A stretch of DNA of 64,000 nt, from assembly GCA_951406725.2 (NCBI GenBank), contig OX597817.1, forward strand, positions 103,416,001-103,480,000. The letters are read 5' to 3'. Both the position numbers and the translations under genes were made by a program. The DNA comes from Octopus vulgaris (Eukaryota). Below, piece after piece: positions 11,842 to 25,409 of the stretch; the first letter of the stretch is position 1; every line of letters begins with the position of its first letter. The notes under the pieces are model-generated. The model saw only the letters and a list, made by a program, of their open reading frames with translations. It ran no database searches and was not told the origin of the DNA.

Positions 11842-12819
11842 GCTTTAGTATCACTTCTGCAAATATATATTGCTCCTCTTATATAATTATTGTGGAAACG
11901 AAGAATATTTAAATATACGTTCAAAAATTAATTATTTTTGTAATATTAAGTATATGTTGTACCAAAAATGTCACTCTACGAGTTACTTTGTTTCAGTGAT
12001 ACCCTATGCGACAGCTTTGTATCTCGTCTAAGGGATTTGTAATAAGAAGTGAGAAGTGCTTATAAACCAGATTTGGAATTCAACAAAGGAAAAAAGAAGA
12101 AACGAAATAATCTTCATACTATTAGATACGAAATTTAAAGATGTAGAAAACCACGAGTAAATATATTTTTTCTGGTAGTTCTTTTTTTTCCAGGTATTTT
12201 AAATTAAAACACGATTTTAAATAGGTGTGAATTTATTCTGGGGTGATTATTTCATTAATGGTAGCAAGAAATGCTCAGTGTTTCAAGTATTTTATATTTT
12301 TGTTAATATATATTTTTATGTAAAAATCACCTATATTAAAAATAAACAACAACCCAAAACCCCTCTAAATATTGTCCAAGGAAAATAACTGCTTTAGAAG
12401 CTTAACAAAGCATTCAGTAATACATCAACGTTGCTAACAAATATACTCTACAGTTAAAAAGTCAAATTGAAGGACTAAAGTAAAAAGAACATCAAAGAAG
12501 AAAAATTACCAAAGGATAAAAGAACAAAACATACAAATACACACTTTTCAAATACATTCGCAAACGTTGATATCACTTAACAGCCCAGCCAACTTACTTT
12601 TTTTCTTACCACTAAAACCATTGTAAGGTACGTTATAACATCTTGCCATTTCATTTCAAATGCATTGCAGACAAAAACAAGGGCAGTACAAATTTAAGCG
12701 ATAGCTGAAACGGTAGTAATACAGCAACCTCACTAAATGAAAACAGTTATCCTACAACATCTATTAGATAACATTTTCTGTATATAGGCATTTAAATATG
12801 TTTGAATAAGTACATACAT

Positions 12820-12931
<112 letters not shown>

Positions 12932-13940
12932 CAATTTGTTTGAGTGCGTGTAGAATAGATTTATATGTGTAAAAAGAAATTTAATATATGCTTTCAAGTG
13001 CTGGAGTACCAAGACAACCATCGAGATTAATGACTGTAATCAGATCATGGGATAGGAAACAATGTACGTAAAACGAGATATTAAGGAGATTTTATATGTG
13101 TATGAAGTGAGAAGTTGCCAGCAAACTAGACGGTGAAGCTACAAGGAATTATTTTGCCAAGAGACAAGAATACTGCCTGTAGTTGGGAATTGTTGAGGTT
13201 TTGCAGGTTCTACAATGCATAAAAACATTTTGTTCCCAAGATTATTTTTCTTATGAACGAATTATTTTCATTTAGAAAAAGTATCGTATGATCTTCATAC
13301 AGTTCTCGACATTGTTAAGGACGTAAGGATAATGGCTCGACTGGAGTCAGAAATCACATTCTAGTTTCAGTAGGATGAAGGCTTTTTTCTTAGCTAAGGC
13401 TCTCACTCACCAATTATTACTAATTCATATTCTATGAAGTACAAAAGCACCATATTTTTGATGTGGTAAGACGAATTATAACTTTCACAGTGTTTTGTTC
13501 AAAGAGAATTAATATTATAAAGGAAGTGATTGTGTGCCTTACTGAAGTCCACTCTTTTGCATGCATATAAGTTAGGTTTCCAGTCTGAGAATAGTTTCCT
13601 TTTATGTGTTGTTCTTCCTCCAAGTCATAAGAAAAACAAAGAAATATAAAATAAAAGAAAGGAAAGAAATAGTACATGACTACACTTGCCAGAATATTAC
13701 ATTTTACGGCGATGATTCTAAATGCTTTTTATATTTGTTTTTTCTCTATTTTTGATCGAAATATTTTCAATTCAAATGGAAATAGAAAAAACGAACCTGA
13801 TCTACATTAGAATTTAACAAATAGCTAAATTACTTTATCATATTTATTTTATTGTTCTGTTGTTTTAGTTTAGATCTACGTTGAACGTAAACGTGTCTCT
13901 GACTTATTCAATAAAAAGAAGAAATAAAACTATAACTCAC

Positions 13941-14201
13941 CTGTTTGACACGAGTAGTAAACTGCTACAACGGGTATTATTCCACCTGTTAATACTAGTT
14001 GACAATGTGGAATCAACGTACGCAAGCCATCGGCTGCACAGTACTTTCGACCATTGCACAGGGTCTGAAGATTTCCTCGGACTATTTCTATTGACGTAGA
14101 CGTAGGCTCGAGTCGTACCTCGGTCACACGTATACTTGATTTCTCCGAACATGACAGGCCGAAGGTACCAGTACTGCAGATGTTGCTTACGCATAGGTTT
14201 C
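13941..14201 (-). CDS. Internal coding exon encoding a SUEL/rhamnose-binding-lectin-like cysteine module
   Basis: Acceptor TTCATTTCATTTCAG|GA, donor CAG|GTGAGT, 261 nt, symmetric phase 1-1, open frame NLCVSNICSTGTFGLSCSEKSSIRVTEVRLEPTSTSIEIVRGNLQTLCNGRKYCAADGLRTLIPHCQLVLTGGIIPVVAVYYSCQT. The LSC...I.V / CNG+..C / P.C / V.YSC spacing resembles SUEL lectin domains. Confidence 0.75.
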
Positions 14202-15479
14202 CTGAAATGAAATGAATTTATATGGATTAAGAACCTTGCAATTCATCACCGTTTAAATTTCATGAAATACTTTAATATTTGTCTTATTTGCTTTCTGATT
14301 GAGCTGACGACAGAAGAATCTCTTTATCGACGTATGTAACTGTAGCCACTCTGTCGTTGGACAGGTTATATTAAGTTATCATTCGAATATATAATCCACG
14401 AATTTAAAAATATTATGAATTTGTTGAAAGATAATTGTAAGCGGTTTTTAGCAGGTTGAATGTTTACTTTGAAACATTCTTGATGGAAAATCACGCCAAA
14501 GTGAAGCGGTTCCTGTTCTTGAGAATATTAAGAATGTCATGGATTAGACATTGTATTATATTCACTTTGTGAAAATATATAACTGTTATCGATAATAATT
14601 TACAGCTCACTCCGATTAAAAGAAATATTAAACGAAGTAAAATGTTTCTTTCTGGTAAAAGTATTTAAATCTTACCTAAAAACAAAACCTCTGTTACTTT
14701 AAATTCATAAGTTTTGTAATGTAATTTTAAAATGAAAACTGCTTCGTTTATTTTCGAATTATAATTTTAAAAAATGTAGCTTTAGACTTCTCTTCACAAA
14801 AAGTTTCCAGCATTTGAGAATTGGTGAAAATTTTATTAAAATGTGGAGAGTAACATAGAAATTTGCTTTGTTAAAACCTTAATGCATTGTGTGAAAGTTA
14901 ACTATTTTAAAACTGAATTGTGTCTGAGTATTCTGTTATGAAATGTTCAATACAATAATTACAATTAATGCACTTCTTTTATCAACTCTAAATACATTTT
15001 ACATTCACTCATATATAATATTAAGATATCAGACCCAAATCACCGGCACTTCCAAAGACATCTTTAATATGAGGTATTTAGATATGAAGAGCAACATATA
15101 TATCTTAAATAATATTACAGAATATAACCGAGTTTATTTACAAATATGAAAAGAATACGGAAATTAAATCCCTGTGAAACGAATTATTCTGAAGTAACTG
15201 TATCAGCAAAGTAGCATTATGAGATGTGTACGATCTTTCGGAAATTACTAAAGATTATTCAGTTGCTATTCATTTATTTAAATTTAATCTAACTTGGCAG
15301 TTGACATTGAGACGACGCTGACTTTTGTCGATCCATAATGCTTCTGAGAACAATGGTCTGGTATAGCTTTCTATTGCATACTTCAAGTACTCGGGGCAAT
15401 TTGAGTTCATAATCTACATGCGAAAAAAAAAAAAACAAACAAAAACCAATCAATGCTAATACACCTATTGCGAGAAAAA

Positions 15480-15715
15480 CAGGAGCCACTATGTAGTCTC
15501 TCGACCTGCTACAACAAACAACTAAATATCCTTCGAATCATCTCTGATGTTTTAACAAAACGGCTATATTGAACAATGAAGTCCTAAATAGACTATGTAA
15601 GAAAATTAAATTCAGATGGTCGTAGCTGATATATCAGTGATAGTGCATCTGGCTGGGGTGGCCGAGCGGAGCGAGTAAGTGTCCTGATCCAGGATAACCT
15701 GGGACAAAACGATAA
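15480..15715 (+). mobile_element. Degraded SINE-like family C copy
   Basis: CTCGACCTGCTAC...GATGGTCGTAGCTG...GATAACCTGGGACAAAACGATAAC. Confidence 0.6.
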
Positions 15716-17408
15716 CAATCACAGTTATATTTCAACTTCATTGTGTCTATTTGCAGAGTGTGGCATAGCACTGCAGTGAAACTTGGATCGTTCGAAGTTT
15801 CAAATCTCTAATCTAATATAAATAATCTATCTCACGAACAATTTTTCCTGCAAAATGAATTGAATTCAGAATTATAACATTAGTCTAGTTGCTGAATTAC
15901 ATTGGAGAAATTATACCAAAAATATAAATCAACATCAATAAAACCTGTATGTATTTATATAGTAGTAATACGAAGCAGATAGTGATGACTATGAATGTTC
16001 GGGATTGGGTGCTAGCCGTTTATTGAATATGTTAATATTGACAAGTCTATTTGTGTTCGATGCAGATGTGTTCCCGGATAATTTCCTTAGTCATTTTATG
16101 TCGACATGCCAACTCGTGTGCATTATTGTAGATGCATACAGTGACTTCCTTATATCATGTCTTGATGTAAGTAAATCACTCAATGCATATACAATAATAG
16201 CAAGAACGCAAAAAGCTCATACTTTGCTAAAACATGTCTGGAATTGTCTCCATGTGTACCGAAGATCAGATTAGATTAATATTAATCTGTGTGGTGAAGA
16301 TTCTGCCCATCCCCACCACGTGTGTAATTCTAATTTTAATTAACTGAAGTTTTTGAATTGTCGATTTGACCTTGATCAAATTTAAGCAATAATTTACTGT
16401 TTCTTTCTCACGACATAATTAAAATTCGATGGAGCATGTTAGCGCTGATTTAGCAGGTTGTTGCTGTTGTTATTTAATACCAATCAACTTTGATTCATAC
16501 CCATCTCGTCTTTTCAGTGTCATCTAGATAATTTTTGAAAGAGACTTGTTTTCTGCTATATCTAATAGTTTCAACGACTACGTAAAGGTTCCCTCGATGA
16601 TTCTAGTTGTATGTAAGTACTATAAAATATATACAGGCATTTACATACACACATACACACACACAACTATGTATGTGTGTATGTGTGCGTGCGTGCATGC
16701 GTCAAATTCATCACTATACGCAGTGGTCAGACGGTAAAATTGGATGAGTGTACGATGCGGGATGGTTCCCGCTAAAGTGATCTGTCCTAAATATTCTATG
16801 TAAAGTGTAAAACATTCTACGTAGAAACAATATTTTTTATAATAATCCAAATGCCAATAAGTTATGGCAGTCACCAAAATTTAGCAGATGCAATAGATAA
16901 ATGGTTATTTTTGTGTTTTAAAAAACAATTTAAGACATAGCGATACAGTAAAAACGCTGAAATTGAATTTAAATGCAACGAGGACGCAGATGTTGAACGG
17001 TATATAAATATTAAATATTTACAGAAAAATTGTGTTTGTGGACATGATTAACAAAAAGAAAATGGTGGTGATGTTAACGGGATGGTGATAACGTTCTGTG
17101 CAATGTAAGATATTTACCGGTATTTTAAATCTCTACATATATAGTCACAAAAACAAAACTAACTGAACATATTGAGTTTTGAAACAGACGAATCTTAGAA
17201 AATGAACTCAAAGTTTGCTGAAAGTTTACCCGAACGAAATTTTTAGCAAAAGTTTTGGTTAATATATATGGAAAAAAGAATGATATAAAGATACTGATTT
17301 TAAAGTTATATGTACTTTTGAAGAAATATAAACATTTATTATTAGATTTTATTAAAATAACATGTAGGAAAAATATTTCATCAATATTTTCTTAAATGTT
17401 CATAGAGT

Positions 17409-17625
17409 GAAAGGCAGCGAGCCGATAGAATTGTTAGCAATACAATACATAGCGGTATTTCTTTTGGTTCTATACGTTTTGTGCTTAAATTACACCGAAG
17501 TAGGCTTTGCCTTTCATCTTTATGGGGTCGATAAAATAAAGTACCAGTTGAACCCTGGGGTCGATGAAATCGAATGTCTCCCTTCCCCAAAATTTCAGAC
17601 CTTGTGCCTGCATCAGAAAGATAAA
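17409..17625 (+). mobile_element. SINE family A copy
   Basis: GAAAGGCAGCGAGCCGATAGAA...TTTGCCTTTCATCTTTATGGGGTCGATAAAATAAAGTACCAG...CCTTGTGCC. Confidence 0.85.
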
Positions 17626-18044
17626 AATTCATAGATTGAGAAATACATTAAGGGTTTTCCTTAATTAAGGAAACAAATTAGGTAGATGTTGGAAAACATG
17701 GATGAAACTGTTCAAGATTAAAACTGTTCAATGTTAAAACTGTTCAATGTCAAAAATGGTTTATGTGCCTTAACAATATTTATAGATCAGAAATGATATT
17801 TTCTGGAATGTACGTATGTCTATATGCAGTTGTGTATCATTTTCCTTGTACCACTTACAAATGGCATGACAGACCCATTCCTTAACTGCCATAAATATAT
17901 CTAATTCAGTAGCTTGGTTAACGTCATTCTTTAGCTCTTCTACTCTTCCTGCTCGTTTTATTTATTTAATATTGCCGTGTCAATAATTAATACACCATAG
18001 ACATTTTTGGCACTGGAACTGATGGCAGTCTATTATGTGTTACC

Positions 18045-18215
18045 AGGTAGGGGCGAATTGGCAGAGGAAAAGTGGCGGGGAACAATAACAGAAGATCTTA
18101 AAAGCAGAGGGTTAACAATGGAACAAGCTATCAAGGACGCTTTCAGTGTTATAAGGTGGAATGATTTTGCTGTCACCTGAAATGTCACAAGGCACTATGA
18201 AAACCGAATATAATG
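18045..18215 (+). mobile_element. RTE-clade LINE 3' end remnant
   Basis: KWRGTITEDLKSRGLTMEQAIKDA, typical of the RTE C-terminal GRP..W...I..DL pattern. Confidence 0.6.
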
Positions 18216-19233
18216 AATGTAATGTTTGATGGTATTTTCTGCTAATGTTTTGTTTGGATTTTCTCAGGACACGAGATGGAAGGAATTTCATGTACAGTAA
18301 CAGTATGAAAATATATACATAAATAGATAAATAAAAAAAAATATCCTGCGGTTCACCACTACACGTGGGCGAAAGCTAAAAACGACGACTCAGGAGAAAA
18401 CCTTGTTCTTTCTGAAATAGTTTTTTTTTCCAAAATAACACTTGCAAATAACACCGTATAGTAAAAATTAACATGAATGCTCTATATTTTACTAACTGTA
18501 ACAATAATAGCGAAATACTCATTAAAACTGAAAGTGCTGTTATTACCTCCTTCTGGAACTCTTCAGCTTCGCAAAGAATGCATAAAAAAATCAAGTACGT
18601 ACGCGCAAAAGCAAATCTTATAAACATAACACATAAAATTATAAATACTACAATGCAACTCAAATAGTGTAAAAATATAATTTAAAGAACAAAAAATATT
18701 TATCACCACCCACAATATTTTGTATATTTGCAATCTAGCATAGAATTCCTCAAATACATAATTTCGTTCAAATATGACCTCAGGAGACAAACTCTGGCGC
18801 AAGTTTCGTATTATGTATAAAAAGATTGTGGAAGAAATAGTAACTTCATATTGTTTACACAAAAAATGGAGCAATAGAAGTATTTTGATTCTCAGGAGAC
18901 TGGAAAGATTTAGAAATGTATCTAGCAGATGCCATACCGAGGTTATGCTCAGGTGGCTGGCTTGTAGTAATTAGCTTTTGTTGCTTTGTAACAATTGCTA
19001 GGTGGTTGTAGTGAAGTAGTAAGTTAATAGCTATGAATCTAGTGCAGAGACGCACAAAAAAGTGACTAAAAAACTAACAGTGTAAGGCAACATGTTACAA
19101 ATGCTTCCAATTGTAGGTGTTGTAAATGAAAACTAGTTATATGAATTACATTAATATAAACACACACACACTCGCACACAAACACAGATGTGTGTGTGTA
19201 TATATATATATATTAAAATACATATATGCAATC

Positions 19234-19592
19234 TAGGCGTAGGAGTGGATGTATGGTAAGTAGCTTCCGGGTTCAGTCCCACTGCGTGGCACCTTGGACA
19301 AGTGTCTTTTACTATAACCTCGAGTCGACCAAAGTGAGTGGATTTGGTCGACGGAAACTGAAAGAAGCCCGTCGTATATATGTATATATATATGTATGTG
19401 TGTGTTTGTGTGTCTGTGTTTGTTCCACCAACATCGCTTGTGTTTACGTCCCCGTAACTTAGCGGTTCGGCAAAAGAGACCGATAGAATAAGTACTAGGC
19501 TTACAAATAATTAGTCCTCGGGCCGATTTGCTCGACTAAAGGCGGTGATCCAGCATGGCCATAGTCAAATGACTGAAACAACTAAAAGAGTA
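19234..19592 (+). mobile_element. Near full-length tRNA-derived SINE family B with central microsatellite and CR1-like tail
   Basis: Head AGGCGTAGGAGTGG...GGTTCAGTCCC (B-box-like); tail GGCGGTGATCCAGCATGGCCATAGTCAAATGACTGAAACAACTAAAAGAG. Confidence 0.9.
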
Positions 19593-19599
19593 ATCGTTC

Positions 19600-21000
19600 C
19601 CCGCCATGTTACGCAAATCCAGCTACAATTAAAACACTGTAATAAATACCATAATTGGGGAAATCGTCAGCTCACACAAAGTAACCTGATACAAACAATA
19701 CAAATTACACACGAAATAGCACAATGGTGCCAGACCAGACTCCTTTCATGTCCTAAATAACTCACCTACTTATTCACATTCTCCACCATCTCAAACATAG
19801 CTCTTTTCTAGACATTCCTTCCCGCTCCACACACCACACTATTCTGTTTTCTACTTTTCTCTTGCATGTTTACTTTAACTTCAGCCTTTACTCAGATTTT
19901 CACACTCTATTGAAACCACATTGCAAAGAAATCCCTAACTATCCTTTAACATCCACCTCACACATCAATAAATGACGTGAACATAGTTCACAAACTTCAG
20001 AATTGCTCAGTGGAACCATTTCCACTAAGAAAGAGTGTCAACGTTCGCTGACTTTAACAATATTATATTCACCAGTATAGAGAGTGCAATACATGCTTAA
20101 AAAAATCATTGTAGACTCATCCTCTAAACACATTTAACAGGTTAGCATATAAATGCATCAGAAATAACAAACCTGCTAAAAAGCAACTAGAAACAACCTC
20201 AAACAAAGTATATATAGCAAAACCGAAACTTAACACCACAGACTATTCATTAACTAACTAAATCGGGGAAATAACAAAGAAATAAATTGAAGAAAAGCAG
20301 AAAACTGGCAAATATTTGTAAATAACACAAACCACTAAACAAGAAATATTAAAAAAAAACACTATATAAAATAAATAGCAGAATCAACAACAACAACCGC
20401 ACCACCCTCCACGCCAGAATAATAACATCAAAGAAGATAACATAACCAACGTCAAGGTAATACCCTTATCAGATGTTCCTTGTAAATCACCGAGAACGAA
20501 CTCATAAATAGACAGAAATATCAAATCAAAAATAATGATTTCGAACATTTCCGTTCATGAAACACCAGTAAAGCGTTGGGGGAAATTTCAGAAAATAAAA
20601 AGAAAAGAAAAAAAAGGAAGCCGCAAAGCTTGACAAAATTACAAAATACGATCAAAATACTTATGGTGTGAAAGAATCACTGCAATCACTAACATCTAGA
20701 GTTGCTTCTAACAATTCTGTCAAATTGCCAGAACCAGGAAACTGGTAAGAATTCTCTCAAATTTACAGCCCATTAACAGCTCAAGCGAAGTAGCGTCACA
20801 CAAACCCATCACCTCCTTATGCACACTTTCCAACATTTTAGAAAGACTCTTCTTTCACATCACTAACCTATATGTTTTCCTTGTCCAAATCACCACACAG
20901 ATTCAGACCGCTACACACTACCTACATACAATTGCCATCGACTTCAGCTCTCACTACCCATTTATACAATATACAACATATTCTTTAAGATACAACGTTC
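19600..21000 (+). mobile_element. Degraded Jockey/I-group LINE (endonuclease-RT linker and RT start)
   Basis: About 20790-20920 reads SHKPITSLCTLSN...ERL...HHTQ/FRP.HTT (RT YRPISLL...QHGFRP.HST pattern); homologous to 36800-38330 (CAGTGGAACCATTTCCACTAA shared). Confidence 0.6.
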
Positions 21001-21810
21001 TCCTGAGAAAAGTCTGATATTTCATTTATGGAGTACCAAGTAATGGCCGGAAGAGTAAAAAAAGAAGTGAAGTGGTGAAAAGGCAGGAACAGGATGAAGA
21101 AGAGGAGGGTGGCGCTATGAATGAGCTATGCAGGATGAAGTGTGTCAGGTGAGACGATGTAAAGTCAAGAGAAAAGTGGTTGATGTGCGAAGCTGACAAG
21201 AGGCGGAAAATGGTATAAGTTAGGGAGGGAGAATGTTAATGTGATAGGTGATAAGAAAAAGGTATAACATTTAGCTATGCATAAAATACAGTTTCAAAGA
21301 AAATAGAAATATGATTGAGAGAAGTGAGAAAAAGCGTGTGCAGATGGGGCTAGAGTGGATAGAGTGACAAAATTAAAGAACTTAGAGATAAGTATTCAAA
21401 CTGATACAAGACAAAGCCATCAACCAGATGGCAACCAGTATCATATATATATATAGTTTATCACAGCATTAATTGCCCACCTCGTCGAAGGATCTCTGTC
21501 TGGAATGTTAGACTTTTCCACTCTTAGAATTTATTATTGTGGTTATTGAATCAAACTCTCAAGAATTTCTTCGGATTACACACATACACACATATACGTA
21601 CACACCTATCCACACGCACACACATGTATGTATGTATGTATGTATACTGACACACATGTAATGAATTTCGTAAATATATACATGTATGCATAGATACAAA
21701 AGATCTTAGTATTCACGCAGCAAGCCAATACGTCAAACTAACTGAAGATACACTTCAATTTTTTTAAACGTACAAACTGAGAGAGTGAGAGAATAACAGG
21801 ATGAGGATAT

Positions 21811-22137
21811 GGCACTCTCCATCAGTTACGACGATGTGGGTTCCAGTTAATCCGATCAATGGAACAGGCTGCTTGTGAAATTAACGTGCATGTGACTGAG
21901 CACTCCACGGACACGTGTACTCTTAACGTAGTTCTCAAGGATATTCATCGCGACACAGAGAGTGACAAAGCTGGCCCTTTGAAATACAGGTACTACTAAT
22001 TTTTGCCAGCTGAGTGGACTGGAGCAACGTGAAATAAAGCGTCTTGCTCAAGGACACAACATGTCACCAGGAATTGAACTCACGACCTTACGATTGCGAG
22101 CCGAAAACCCTAACCACTAAGCCACGCGCCTTCACTG
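21811..22137 (-). mobile_element. tRNA-derived SINE family D (CORE-like segment)
   Basis: Minus strand AGTGAAGGCGCGTGGCTTAGTGG (A box)...AGTTCAATTCC (B box)...GTGTCCTTGAGCAAGACG. Confidence 0.88.
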
Positions 22138-22235
22138 CTGAGGGTGTAAGGTGACTAAGAACAGAGTGACGCTGCAAACTTTGCTATGTTTCATCTGCTT
22201 CTTTCCCTCTCCATTTCCGTATCACTTTCGCGCTC

Positions 22236-22278
<43 letters not shown>

Positions 22279-22568
22279 CCTTTGCCTCTCTGAGTCAGTC
22301 AAACTTTATATAACAGTCCTCTCTGTCCTTCTAAATTTATTATTATCAACACCAGCGCCTTCACCACCACCTTTTACATAACTACCGACAGTTTTCCCTC
22401 TACTCTGTCAGAGTCTCTTCCTCTAGTAGCATGACAAAATATTGGTAGCTAGAAACATGTTATTGTATTAATATATAGGTTTGAATTTAGGACTACAGAG
22501 CTGGTGTCAAACCTTGAAATGCTATGATTACATTCTTTGCAGAATCCAGACAGATGCTCACGTAGTTA

Positions 22569-22649
<81 letters not shown>

Positions 22650-22989
22650 CACACACTAACACACTCACATTTTCATCTTTTCAAAGTCCATAAACTCAAT
22701 ACAAGTGAAATACTGAATCTTCGGTCAATACACATTTAGCAAGCACACATAGACTCACATAAACAAATTATTTTTAAAAATCTCTCCATGGAATATTTTA
22801 ATCAATGTAGAAAGCAGTTCGGTGGTTACATGAAGACTGATCAATGGTTAAACAACTCATAATATAGCAAATGAAATAATAATATACAAGAAATTATTTC
22901 TAGCTTTGGTCTAAAATAAATTTGAGATTATTTATATCCCCTCGAGAGAATACATGGAACAAACAACTGATGGATCAAAATGTCCACAT

Positions 22990-23340
22990 AAGCGCAGACA
23001 TTATTGTGTAGTAGGAACTTTGCTTCTCAACCACATGGTACCGAGTTCAGACCCACTGTAGTGTCGTGAGAGGGAATTTCTTGATGGAAAGTGAGTGGAA
23101 CTCCGTGACTGTATAGTAAGAAGTTTACTTCCCTACTACACGATTCTGGGTTCAGTCCCATTGCGTGGCACCTTGGGCAAGTGTCTTCTACTTTAACCTA
23201 GGACCGACCAAAGCCTTGTGAATGGATTTGCTAGAGAGAAACATATGTGTTTATGTGTAGTGTGTGTATGTTTGTGTGTGTGTGAGTGTAAGCTGTGCCC
23301 CATTATGACCGTAGCTGAATAACAAAAAGAAATAAGAATT
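22990..23340 (+). mobile_element. Two SINE family B copies (partial plus degraded full)
   Basis: TTGCTTCTCAACCACATGG...; GGGTTCAGTCCCATTGCGTGGCACCTTGGGCAAGTGTCTTCTAC. Confidence 0.8.
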
Positions 23341-23723
23341 AAAAGATAAACGATACTAACAGAGTCAGTCAAACTTTATATAACAGTCAACATGGAAAAA
23401 TAAATTACCTCGCAGTGTCAATTTGGCTCATAATGCACGATCATTATCAGAGGGTATGTACATGAAAGAATTCTTTAAAACAGAATAATTAAAATGTTGC
23501 TGTGAAATAACGCTGGGGGGATAACCCTTCGAGAGAATGTACGTGTTCAATAACCAAAGGATTCCTATTCAAACATACATGATGCTCATGAACATTTGAT
23601 AAGTCAGAAGCAGGTTTGCTTCTGCTCAGACCGTTTACATAAATTTCCACGTACGTTAATTACAAAATCTACCCACTACACACCAGCTGAATTATTCCTG
23701 ATTATTACACTAAAAGCACGTTG

Positions 23724-23754
<31 letters not shown>

Positions 23755-23802
23755 AGTGTGTGTGTGTGTGTGTACACACGTAATACATATAAGTATATTC
23801 GC

Positions 23803-23858
<56 letters not shown>

Positions 23859-23910
23859 TATATGTATATACATACATACATACATACATACATATGTGTG
23901 TTGTGTGCGC

Positions 23911-23942
<32 letters not shown>

Positions 23943-23963
23943 ATCACTAGCTAGTGGTTGTCT

Positions 23964-24007
23964 CACTCTGAGGACGGATGACATTCAGAAACCCAGGTCT
24001 GCCAGTG
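23964..24007 (+). ncRNA. Hammerhead-like motif
   Basis: CACU-CUGAGGA-C-GGAU(GAC)AUUC-A-GAAA-CC(CA)GG-UC-ugcc-AGUG; intact core and GUC triplet, but stem I needs a 4-nt bulge. Confidence 0.5.
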
Positions 24008-24531
24008 TCAAGTATTTTCTTGAGAAGATTTAAATCCACTTTGTGTATGGGAGTTTGTGAATGAAATGAATCACCAGGTAGAAAAAATCTCTGAGGAGGT
24101 AATTGGTGAACGTTATTAATTGGGACAAGAAAGGTAATTGCCATTTTTTGGAGGAGGGGATGAATAAATATCCAAACACTCAAAAGCTAAAGTAGTGAAA
24201 TGAAATATTTACAGTGATGAATATATACTGAGGCCAGAATTGGTTATGCGTTCATATTGAGGCGTGTTCTGTATTTTTCGATGAATGTATTTTCTTTATT
24301 TAAACTTTCTTGTTCAGAACATTTTTCATGGCACTGGTAGATGGGGAAAACTGTGAAGTTTGGTTGGATATTATATGCACATCTCTCTATGTGTTACCGC
24401 AAAGGAATCTGTATGTACTGTGGGAAATAGATTTGTTCCTTATGTAGTGTGGTTCTCTGTCTAAGTGCCATTACTTGTCTGACCTATATAAATATGTCCA
24501 CAACCTGAACAAGTTATGACATAAATTACAT
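24008..24531 (-). mobile_element. Penelope-like element: GIY-YIG endonuclease and 3' region
   Basis: NVIYVITCSGCGHIYIGQTS in ORF 24461..24646; inverted homology to 25780-26280. Confidence 0.88.
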
Positions 24532-25320
24532 TGTAACGACCGTGCGAAGCGAGGTCACGATAATGGCTCCTTAGTGCATCACACGGTCGATACAATAAAT
24601 ATAAAAGGAATAATGCATATATGTGCCAGAGGGAAAAGAGAGTCACAACCGGGTAGAATGTTTAAGAGAAGATTTATTGATATGTTAACATGTGGGACTC
24701 TGTGTGCGTAATGTATACAGAATAATAGACAGGCCGTCATGAGAACAAAGTGTATATGTGTGTATAGGCATGGATGTATGCCTGTGCGTTAAGTACAGAT
24801 AAGAATAGTAATGAAGAAAAACATTGAAAGAGTCTATAATGAGAAGTTAGAAGAATGATCATAGACGCAAGAATGAGAATACCAGTTTGTAGTCAATTGT
24901 ACACGATAGTTGAAATACTGTATCAAGAGGTTGCGGTGATGATGCAGAACCGGTTGAAGTATATGTCGTACGTGAAATTGTGGTTGTGATGCTGCTGCCT
25001 GGGTCATTTGGTACAGGAGTTCTCGCTGGTTGTGTTGTCGCTGTAACTGACTGTGTCTTGTGTGGTCAGTGGCTAGACCTCAAAACGTCTGAAACCAAAG
25101 ACCTCAAGACGATGAGAAGCTGGAGTTTTTATAAGGAGTTGTATGCTCAAAGTTGGGTAGAAAACAGGTTGTCACACGTGACCTTATTTGAAGGCTGCGA
25201 TTGGTTGGGTTGCATATTGGCGCACGCTAGAGCAAGAGACAAATTGCGCCAATACCAACCAATCAGAGTAGTGGACACAACAGGGTTCAAAATGCGGCCG
25301 AAGGCTAGCTGTTATCTACT
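24532..25320 (-). mobile_element. Probable solo LTR inserted in the Penelope relic
   Basis: Left terminus TGTAAC; minus-strand CCAAT boxes (about 25200-25265), TATA-like TATAAAAA (about 25126-25133) and AATAAA (24674-24679); possible 4-bp TSD ACAT/ACGT. Confidence 0.55.
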
Positions 25321-25409
25321 ACGTTCGTATGCTTGCATATATAATAGAGAGGAGAGGAATTTCACTCAAGTGTACGCTACGAGATTCTCCGATGGGCACC
25401 GCACTTATA

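Noticed and set aside
21990-22137. tRNA genes at SINE heads (also 27329, 41600 and 19234)
   Set aside because: A/B boxes run into SINE bodies and no complete cloverleaf is evident.
23585-23632. CUCAUGA...CAGAAGCA(GGUU)UGCUUCUG hairpin as a hammerhead
   Set aside because: Both core halves are mutated (no CUGA, no GAAA); at most a decayed relic.
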